Below, piece after piece: positions 25,492-32,000 of a DNA stretch of 32,000 nucleotides. The notes under the pieces were generated by a model. It ran no database searches. It was given only the letters and a program-made list of their open reading frames with translations, and was not told the origin of the DNA. Position 1 is the first letter of the stretch. Each line of letters starts with the position of its first letter. The stretch is taken from contig CAZETV010000002.1 of NCBI GenBank assembly GCA_964514965.1, positions 120,001-152,000 on the forward strand, written 5' to 3'. The position numbers were made by a program, and so were the translations under genes. The stretch comes from Candidatus Hadarchaeota archaeon. Lineage in GTDB: Archaea > Hadarchaeota > Hadarchaeia > Hadarchaeales > Hadarchaeaceae.

Positions 25492-26478
25492 TCATTTCCA
25501 TTTCCGCTGGTACGTGCCCGGTAACATCACCACGCGTTCAGGTTTCGCTACGATTCCGTGCTCGGCTTCATAGATTTGCTTTGAAGTCATCGAGGCACGA
25601 GCTAGCGCGACGACTTCACCCTTAAGCGTCATCAATGCCACGAGGTCATCCTGAGAGATTCCCGTGTCGACTTGGAGCACGCCTGGTGCCGCGAGGCTGG
25701 CGCCGTGGCAAAGCGCATCGACGGCTCCATCGCGTACGACTAATTTGGGCAGGTGCTCAACCGCAGCCTCCACGGGCAAAATGACTTTGCGCAAGTGCTT
25801 CTCATCACCATCCTCGCTCCAGAAAGCGTAGGCGTCGGCAAGGTCTTGTAGTTTGACTAGGGTGTCGTCTTCGCGAAAAGGTCCTGTCCGCGTCCGACGA
25901 AGCTCCCGCATGTGGGCACCGCAACCCACGACCTCACCCATGTCGTGCATAAGCTTGCGCATGTATGTGCCCGCCTCGCATCCCACGCGCATGAGCACAT
26001 CCCTGCCATCCCGCTCCAAGAACTCGATGTAGTAAATTTTCCTCGTACGAAGTACCCGTTTGACTGCTGCCCGTAATGGAGGGCGCTGATATATCTCACC
26101 TTCAAACTCGTGCAACAACTGCTTGAGCCTATGGTCAGGCACATCACCGTGGAGATGCATTACGCAAATGTATTCTTTCCCCGCGGGCAGCAAAGTCTGA
26201 ACTATTTTCGTCGCATCCTCAAGTGCTGTCGGCAACAGCCCGCTAACCTTTGGGTCGAGAGTTCCGCTGTGCCCCGCGCGGCGAACCTTTAGCATGCGCT
26301 TCACCCAAGCGACGATTTCGTGCGAGGTTGGCCCAATAGGTTTGTCTAGATTGATGATTCCCAAGCGCAAGTATTCATTAATCGGGCGTTTGTCGGGTTT
26401 GCAGCCATGACTGGGATCGGTTATATCTTGGGCCCGGATTAGACTTTCACGCTTGACATCGGATGGTAGTTTGCCCAC
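25492..26478 (-). CDS. cbf5: tRNA/rRNA pseudouridine synthase Cbf5 (TruB family)
   Basis: LGIINLDKPIGPTSHEIVAWVKRML..RRAGHSGTLDPKVSGLLP; PUA domain C-terminus. Confidence 0.97.
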   Translation of the reverse strand: MGKLPSDVKRESLIRAQDITDPSHGCKPDKRPINEYLRLGIINLDKPIGPTSHEIVAWVKRMLKVRRAGHSGTLDPKVSGLLPTALEDATKIVQTLLPAGKEYICVMHLHGDVPDHRLKQLLHEFEGEIYQRPPLRAAVKRVLRTRKIYYIEFLERDGRDVLMRVGCEAGTYMRKLMHDMGEVVGCGAHMRELRRTRTGPFREDDTLVKLQDLADAYAFWSEDGDEKHLRKVILPVEAAVEHLPKLVVRDGAVDALCHGASLAAPGVLQVDTGISQDDLVALMTLKGEVVALARASMTSKQIYEAEHGIVAKPERVVMLPGTYQRKWK

Positions 26479-26490
26479 TTAAAACACCTA

Positions 26491-26781
26491 TTACTGAACG
26501 CTAGGCTGTGTCTTGGGTTCAGAAGGTGTCTCTGACGGCTTTTCTGTTTTTACCAAACCCGCTGCCTCAAGCGTGCGTTTGACATCCTCGTCAGTGGCCT
26601 CCTTCGCAATTTCAACTTTCTGCTCGAGAGGCTCAAGGTGTGCGATGTTGCATCTGCGCCGTTTGACCCCAGGGCCACTCACTACCACGTAGATGTCGTC
26701 AAGCACATCCACGATGACGCACCGCTTACCCGCCTCATGCCCAGCGAGTTTCACGCAAATTCTACCTACTTCCATCACCAT
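26491..26781 (-). CDS. rpl14e: 50S ribosomal protein L14e
   Basis: EVGRICVKLAGHEAGKRCVIVDVLDDIYVVVSGPGVKRRRCNIAHLEPLE. Confidence 0.95.
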   Translation of the reverse strand: MVMEVGRICVKLAGHEAGKRCVIVDVLDDIYVVVSGPGVKRRRCNIAHLEPLEQKVEIAKEATDEDVKRTLEAAGLVKTEKPSETPSEPKTQPSVQ

Positions 26782-26782
26782 C

Positions 26783-27319
26783 TCACGACCTCTTTCGAAT
26801 GAACTGCTTCACCGCAAACTCCAAAATCCGTACCATCTCCTTAATGGTGAAACGCTCTGTGTTTAGCACGATGTCAAACGATGAATTATCATTGACATCT
26901 ATACTGTAAAATTGTTTGAAACGCTTGGCCTCGCTCCGCTCACGTTTGCGAGTTTCATTAAGCACCTCTCTGTACTTCCGCTTCTCCCGAAGAGCAATCC
27001 GCTTAACCCTTTCCTCTAGCGGGGCGGTGAGCAAGATTCTCAGGTCCGCCTTTTTAGCCATCCACCCGGCGAGGCGGGCATCGATAAGCACATTTTTGCT
27101 CTTGGCAGCCGCTACAGTTTGTCGGTCGATTTGGTGATCTATGCTAGGACGGCGTTCGGCGTAACGGGAAAACTCGTCGAGCGTCATCCTCCGTTCTTTG
27201 GCGAGCTGTCTGAAAACGGACCCCGCGCAGACATAGCGGAGTTTGAATTTTTTTGCCAGCGCCAGTGCGGCAGTCGTCTTTCCAGCCCCGTGCAAACCGC
27301 TTATAGTAATGACTACCAT
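26783..27319 (-). CDS. cmk: Cytidylate kinase (archaeal type)
   Basis: MVVITISGLHGAGKTTAALALAKKFKLRYVCAGSVFRQLA; start trimmed from the long ORF (27481) because the N-terminal extension overlaps rpl34e. Confidence 0.93.
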   Translation of the reverse strand: MVVITISGLHGAGKTTAALALAKKFKLRYVCAGSVFRQLAKERRMTLDEFSRYAERRPSIDHQIDRQTVAAAKSKNVLIDARLAGWMAKKADLRILLTAPLEERVKRIALREKRKYREVLNETRKRERSEAKRFKQFYSIDVNDNSSFDIVLNTERFTIKEMVRILEFAVKQFIRKRS

Positions 27320-27323
27320 TCGC

Positions 27324-27599
27324 TCACGCTCGAGCAGTTTCTTTGATTTCCTGACGCGCACAGGCGGGGCAGAGATAACCACCATAGGGACGATTCGGCA
27401 CACGGGAACTGCGTGGAAGGGACCGCAGCTTGCTCGGCCTAACTCGGGGAATGCCCCCCAATGGACGCCCACAAGAGGCACACCTCGCCACTCTTGCCCG
27501 TCCCTCTTTGTAGTGCGCGACGGTTCGCCCTCCGGGAGTACAGACGAAATGCTGTTTGTATCTTGCAGAGCGGTACCTTCGTGCGGGCATATTAATCAC
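27324..27599 (-). CDS. rpl34e: 50S ribosomal protein L34e
   Basis: PARRYRSARYKQHFVCTPGGRTVAHY...CASCGRPLGGIPRVRPSKLRSL...NRPYGGYLCPACAR. Confidence 0.96.
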   Translation of the reverse strand: MINMPARRYRSARYKQHFVCTPGGRTVAHYKEGRARVARCASCGRPLGGIPRVRPSKLRSLPRSSRVPNRPYGGYLCPACARQEIKETARA

Positions 27600-28437
27600 G
27601 GATAAGCAATTTTCGCCAAATTTGAGAAAACCCGAAGTAAGTGAGGAGATACCAACTTAGAAAACCGCAGGAGACCCAAGTGCCGAAGAAGGGGAGGTCT
27701 AGGCGGAATGGTAGCCATGCCACGACCCATCCCGCGTATATACCCGATAGAATGAACCAGAATATGAAATATGGCACGATGTAGAAGAGCGTGGGCTTGA
27801 AATTTTCCTTCATCATCTCCCCCTGAAGCGACATTATCCGCTTTTGATCCTGTTGCAGCTTGTACACGTTCTTCATGCCCCGCTTGCGCTGAGCTTCGCG
27901 GAGTTCCTTCTGGAATGCAGACACCTCTGCCTTAATCTGCCTCATGCGCTCCCAGTTCACGACACGTCTGGTTATCAAGGTGATGATGAGGGAAACTAAT
28001 ATCCCGATTCCGAGGACGATGAATAGCGCGTATTCGTAGATGGAAGACAACCCAATCTTGAGCTCGCTCGCCAGTAGGGAGATGTCTGAGCGTAGGGCCC
28101 GGATATTCTCCTCCGTTGCCGATTGCTGCAAAGAGCTGAAAGTTTGGGTTATTCGGTCGTTTATCTCTGTGAGCTCCGTGCTATTGCCAATCTCGTTTTC
28201 ATATGACGCCACAAGACTATTGTAGAGTGTTCGCGCTTGGCTCAAACTTCCTGATGCACCACTTCCCTGCCTAAGTGAAATTATGGAGCTGTCCACGGTC
28301 TGCAAAAGTATCTTGTACGTCCCCTGCGCATCTTCCGCCTCCTCTGCACTAACCGTCATGGCAAAGCTTGCAAACAAGAATACTGCGATTAGCGAGCAAA
28401 CGAGTATGCGACGCATGGGTTCACCCAAGTACCTCAA
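27592..28437 (-). CDS. DUF106 family membrane protein (EMC3/TMCO1/YidC-like insertase)
   Basis: Signal-like N terminus, coiled region, KENFKPTLFYIVPYFIFWFILSGIYAGWVVAWLPF; location next to SecY/Adk. Confidence 0.9.
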   Translation of the reverse strand: MRYLGEPMRRILVCSLIAVFLFASFAMTVSAEEAEDAQGTYKILLQTVDSSIISLRQGSGASGSLSQARTLYNSLVASYENEIGNSTELTEINDRITQTFSSLQQSATEENIRALRSDISLLASELKIGLSSIYEYALFIVLGIGILVSLIITLITRRVVNWERMRQIKAEVSAFQKELREAQRKRGMKNVYKLQQDQKRIMSLQGEMMKENFKPTLFYIVPYFIFWFILSGIYAGWVVAWLPFRLDLPFFGTWVSCGFLSWYLLTYFGFSQIWRKLLIRD

Positions 28438-28999
28438 CCATTTCCTTCACAGTTTCACTGAGTTTTCCATCCCTATTATGGATTATCCTCACTGCCGCGC
28501 CCGAGAGCGCCGCATATGCCGTAGCCGTAGCGCGATTTAATAGTTGGTGTTCCACGACTTCACCCAAGAGTTCTTCATCCCGTCTACGCGTGGTGTCCTT
28601 GACGCGTCGCCGTGCAACCTCTTCAGGAGTCGCTTCAACTATCACAATCGATTCGGGATTTAGCTCCTCAATCACCCATCGGGGTAGGCCGGGATAATAG
28701 CCCTCGGGTTTTTTGATTAAGCAGTGGGTGTCAACGATCACGAATTTTTTCCGGGCCGCGCGTGCGATCTGCTTTCCGGCCTCACGCTGGATTTCACGAT
28801 ATGAGTCTGTCGGAAATTTCCGCATCTCATCGCGGTCGGTCACCCCTTTGAAATCGCGCATTAGTTTGAGCATCACGTCACCGTAGTTTATAAACTGATA
28901 TTCGACGCCCTGAGCTTTGAGCTGCTTTAGCGCTTCTTGGACAACTGTACTTTTTCCAGAGCCTGGCACACCCGTAACCACGACTATCTTACTCACCAA
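28421..28999 (-). CDS. adkA: Adenylate kinase (archaeal AdkA type)
   Basis: IVVVTGVPGSGKSTVVQEALKQLKAQGVEYQFINYGDVMLKLMRDF...VVDTHCLIKKPEGYYPGLPRWV. Confidence 0.96.
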   Translation of the reverse strand: MVSKIVVVTGVPGSGKSTVVQEALKQLKAQGVEYQFINYGDVMLKLMRDFKGVTDRDEMRKFPTDSYREIQREAGKQIARAARKKFVIVDTHCLIKKPEGYYPGLPRWVIEELNPESIVIVEATPEEVARRRVKDTTRRRDEELLGEVVEHQLLNRATATAYAALSGAAVRIIHNRDGKLSETVKEMVEVLG

Positions 29000-30350
29000 A
29001 TAACCTCCTCATCGCTGGAAACATCTCTGCCATTCGCTCCTTTGCTATTTCTTGGTAAAGACTATACATAATCCCCACGGTCAGTAAAATGCCCGTGCCA
29101 CTGCCCAATGCACCCATAAAGTCTGCAAGCCCTGAAATCGCGCCGACAAACGCTCCACCTAACAATGTAGCGGTCAGGATATACCGGCTTAACACCCACT
29201 CCATGACCCGAACATCGTGACGGAAACCAGGGATGAGCATTCCAGATCGATCGAGCTGACGCGCCACATCGCGAGGCCCCATCCCCGTCATGTTGACCCA
29301 CATCCAAGCAAAACCCATACTCATCAGAACTAAAATTGCCAAATAAATCACTGCTCGAAACGGGTCAGCCGCGAGGGCAAAGATACCATTTGGGGCACTT
29401 AAGTAGTAGGTAACTCCTTTAACGGGAGGGAAAACCATACCCAATATTTTAACATTCGCAAATACTACCATTGCGAGAATTACTGGAATATTTGAGGTAT
29501 AGAGGAACTTGATAGGATAGCGTCCTCGAACTCCTCCGAAGCGTCCGTAAGCGAGTGGTATCTCGATGCGCATGCTCTCGGCGTACACGACGATTAAGAA
29601 GACGATGATGGTGGCGAACACACCCATCATGTTCGGCATTCCTGGTCTGAAAAATGCATCAGAAATGTTGCCACCGCCGAGCATGGTTCCGAAGAAATTG
29701 GGAATCGCGCCGGTAAACAGGCCCCCGCTTTGCAGTGGGTTGAAAGCCTGCCAAAAGATCGTCCCCGCAACGCCGGCCGCGATGAAAAGGCTGACCCCAC
29801 TCCCAAACCCATATTTCGAGACCACTTCATCAAGGTAGACCACGATGATTACCCCTATCGTGAGCTGAACGATCAGGAAAATACCAGCGCCTGAGCCAAA
29901 GGCGACCCCGTACCACCCCGATATCACGAGCATCGACGCCTGGAAAACGCCCATGAGTATGGCACCTATTTTCTGAACGCCAGTGAAGAGAGCGCGATCA
30001 TCTGGCTGGCTTAGATTAAGCCCGATTATCTTACTCCCGACCAATAGCTGCATGACGATACCCGCGGTGACGATCGGCCCGATACCAAGCTCCATCAAGC
30101 TCCCCGCATGGCTGGCGAGGATAAATCGCAGTTGACCAAAGACTGCCGTTTGCCCTGCTCCAGCAACCATTCCATAAAGCGAAACTTGGGTTAAAACGAA
30201 GAAGGCGATGAGGGCTATCGCTGTCCACATGAATTTTTCCTTAAAGGAAACGTGCCGCTTCGGAACTGCGACCTCAGGAAGTCTTCGTACGAGGGCATCA
30301 AGAACGTAAAGTTTGGATCGCGGCTTCTCAACTTGTTCCATCACCTTCAC
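28989..30350 (-). CDS. secY: Preprotein translocase subunit SecY
   Basis: 453 aa multi-pass; MRIEIPLAYGRFGGVRGRYPIKFLYTSNIPVI; DVAR.LDRSGMLIPGFRHDVRVMEWVLSRYI. Confidence 0.98.
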   Translation of the reverse strand: MKVMEQVEKPRSKLYVLDALVRRLPEVAVPKRHVSFKEKFMWTAIALIAFFVLTQVSLYGMVAGAGQTAVFGQLRFILASHAGSLMELGIGPIVTAGIVMQLLVGSKIIGLNLSQPDDRALFTGVQKIGAILMGVFQASMLVISGWYGVAFGSGAGIFLIVQLTIGVIIVVYLDEVVSKYGFGSGVSLFIAAGVAGTIFWQAFNPLQSGGLFTGAIPNFFGTMLGGGNISDAFFRPGMPNMMGVFATIIVFLIVVYAESMRIEIPLAYGRFGGVRGRYPIKFLYTSNIPVILAMVVFANVKILGMVFPPVKGVTYYLSAPNGIFALAADPFRAVIYLAILVLMSMGFAWMWVNMTGMGPRDVARQLDRSGMLIPGFRHDVRVMEWVLSRYILTATLLGGAFVGAISGLADFMGALGSGTGILLTVGIMYSLYQEIAKERMAEMFPAMRRLFGE

Positions 30351-30786
30351 CTGTTATTGCATTGCCTCCTGCTTCCTCAAGTTTTCGCTTCGCCGACCCA
30401 ACAAATTCTTTAGCGACAACCTCGATAGGGCGGGTGATGTGTCCTCCACCGAGCACCCTCTCAAAACCAAGCTTCCTGATGTCAACCACGATCCGCTCTT
30501 CCTCCCGCTTGGCGATCCCCTGCTGCAGAAATTCTTCGAGGCGCTCGTCGAGTTCACCAATATTAATCGCATTGACTTTTCTATTCACTTTGGGTAAGCG
30601 TGTGAATCCATGCTTGCCGAAATATTTGGGCATGTATCTGAGTGTGTAAGACCACTTCTGCTTGTGGCCACCGCTGCGTCCCTTTCCACCCTTTTCCCCG
30701 CTCCCGCGTCCCCTTTTTGCGCATCCCCTTCCGTAAGTTCTTCCGCCTCGTTGCCTTCGAACCTTTCGTCTTCTTCGCACAACCAT
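30328..30786 (-). CDS. rpl15: 50S ribosomal protein L15
   Basis: RRRKVRRQRGGRTYGRGCAKRGRGSGEKGGKGRSGGHKQKW..KYFGKHGF. Confidence 0.97.
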   Translation of the reverse strand: MVVRRRRKVRRQRGGRTYGRGCAKRGRGSGEKGGKGRSGGHKQKWSYTLRYMPKYFGKHGFTRLPKVNRKVNAINIGELDERLEEFLQQGIAKREEERIVVDIRKLGFERVLGGGHITRPIEVVAKEFVGSAKRKLEEAGGNAITGEGDGTS

Positions 30787-30795
30787 TCAAAACAC

Positions 30796-31263
30796 CTAAA
30801 TCATTTTGAGGATGAGCTCATTGATTCGCTCACCACGGTAGCCCAGATCGCCAAAATCATTAAATGGTCGCTTAATGGCTTTGAATCCCTTTCGCGGTGG
30901 GTGAAGTCTGAAAACTTTCTTCAATCTAGGAAGTGATCTAAGATTGGTCTCTCCAGCATGCACTGCAGCAGCGAACTCGCTCAATGATTGAAACGAAGTT
31001 TGAGATTTGACGAATTCATCAGTCAAGCGCTCGTCGCCAGCTAGCCTACCGCGTTTTCGGATGAGTTGCTCTAATACTTCCTTATCAATCTCCCCCCACG
31101 TAAGCACATCCTTTGCCTTCTGCAGCATCCCGCAGTATGTGGGGACATCATCGATTACAACGCAATGATTGACGCGCGTTAGGCATAACATTTTCATCAT
31201 TTCCCTCACCTTACGCCGCACATTCACGCTACTGCGTACTCTAATTACTGCTAGCTTGGTCAC
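30796..31263 (-). CDS. rpl30: 50S ribosomal protein L30
   Basis: LAVIRVRSSVNVRRKVREMMKMLCLTRVNHCVVIDDVPTYCGMLQKAKDVLTWGEID. Confidence 0.97.
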   Translation of the reverse strand: MTKLAVIRVRSSVNVRRKVREMMKMLCLTRVNHCVVIDDVPTYCGMLQKAKDVLTWGEIDKEVLEQLIRKRGRLAGDERLTDEFVKSQTSFQSLSEFAAAVHAGETNLRSLPRLKKVFRLHPPRKGFKAIKRPFNDFGDLGYRGERINELILKMI

Positions 31264-31936
31264 CTACTTCACCAACCTTTCCGATAAAAACGTGACCCCT
31301 ATGGGATTCCCGCAGAGCTACCCTCGTGGTCTGCTTGAGAGCGTCGAAAGTAGCAAGAGCGAAGTTGAGTGTCGTGCGTGTTTGCCCGCGTGAGTGAATC
31401 CAAGCATCCTTGATTCCAGCCATTCGAAGGATTATCTTCGAGACCTCGGCCGCTGTTAACCCTAGTCCGCGAGGGGCGGGTTTTATCATCATGCGAACGC
31501 TACCGCTTCTTCCAGTGACTTCAAATGGAACTGAATGAGGCCTCCCGCAAGCACACTCCCAGCTTCCGCAACCTCGCGCGACCTCCACGATGTTTAGTTT
31601 CGCCGTTGTTATGGCTTTTCTTATGGAGGGGCCAATCTCGCGCGCGCTCGCGTGTCCAACTCCAACAATCCCTCCCCGATTTCCGACTGCCGTGACTACA
31701 CGATATTTAATCCGACGCCCCGACTTGTGCATCCGCTGAACCAAGCTAACCCCCAAGATTTCCTCCTCGAGTTTTGGCACGAGTGCATCGATCACTTCAG
31801 ACTCTTTAATCGGCCTACCCTGCCGCAGAATCTGGGATATTTCTGTTATCTGCCCTTCCTTTACTGCTCGCCCCATGTTCGTCCGAGGCTGCCAAAGTTC
31901 AATGCTGAATTTCTCTCTTATTGGTTTTTTCCGCAT
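31241..31936 (-). CDS. rps5: 30S ribosomal protein S5
   Basis: GRRIKYRVVTAVGNRGGIVGVGHASAREIGPSIRKAI; ATG at 31936 preferred over TTG at 31948, which overlaps the upstream stop. Confidence 0.97.
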   Translation of the reverse strand: MRKKPIREKFSIELWQPRTNMGRAVKEGQITEISQILRQGRPIKESEVIDALVPKLEEEILGVSLVQRMHKSGRRIKYRVVTAVGNRGGIVGVGHASAREIGPSIRKAITTAKLNIVEVARGCGSWECACGRPHSVPFEVTGRSGSVRMMIKPAPRGLGLTAAEVSKIILRMAGIKDAWIHSRGQTRTTLNFALATFDALKQTTRVALRESHRGHVFIGKVGEVGDQASSN

Positions 31937-31937
31937 T

Positions 31938-32000
31938 CTACTCACCAAACTGCGTAATTATTGCCTGCTTGATTTCATTAAAGTGCTCCGGTAGCTGTTC
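31938..32000 (-). CDS. rpl18: 50S ribosomal protein L18, C-terminal end (partial)
   Basis: EQLPEHFNEIKQAIITQFGE* directly upstream of rps5, the expected operon position. Confidence 0.75.
   Translation of the reverse strand, partial: EQLPEHFNEIKQAIITQFGE

Noticed and set aside
26783-27481. 232 aa version of Cmk from the ORF track
   Set aside because: N-terminal 54 residues overlap rpl34e in another frame; ATG at 27319 gives the expected P-loop position.

Overview
Archaeal chromosome segment. The right third (about 22.8-32 kb) is a conserved minus-strand information-processing operon: L18(partial)-S5-L30-L15-SecY-Adk-DUF106/EMC3-like-L34e-Cmk-L14e-Cbf5-tRNA-Ser(GGA)-S13-S4-S11-RpoD-tRNA-Leu(GAG). 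The left and centre are a mosaic: HEPN-like protein, DUF362 protein, aldehyde:ferredoxin oxidoreductase, site-2 protease, KH protein, TraB-like protein, RibD-C reductase, intron-containing tRNA-His, ornithine cyclodeaminase-like protein, CofH-like radical SAM protein, MazG-like protein, Alba, TBP, TRAM protein, cis-prenyltransferase, stomatin-like protein, Lsm and a divergent RtcB-like protein. The most interesting non-textbook signals are: (1) a dispersed family of tRNA-Leu 3'-end-like repeats (about 0.36-0.55, 10.21-10.42, 13.76-13.85, 15.18-15.28 and 21.8-22.0 kb, plus the genuine tRNA-Leu at 22.82 kb) that borders accessory genes, including a GHKL-ATPase/DUF3883-like + unknown pair and a protein with a C-terminal HEPN-type RNxxxH motif, a candidate defence island; (2) a pair of related structured RNAs with compensatory stem changes (3348-3508 and 4066-4200) on either side of a small membrane protein gene; (3) a divergent RtcB-family protein retaining the RtcB motif order; (4) a tRNA-Leu(GAG) carrying an apparent 19-nt non-canonical intron before the anticodon stem. 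All family calls come from reading the sequence; no searches were run.
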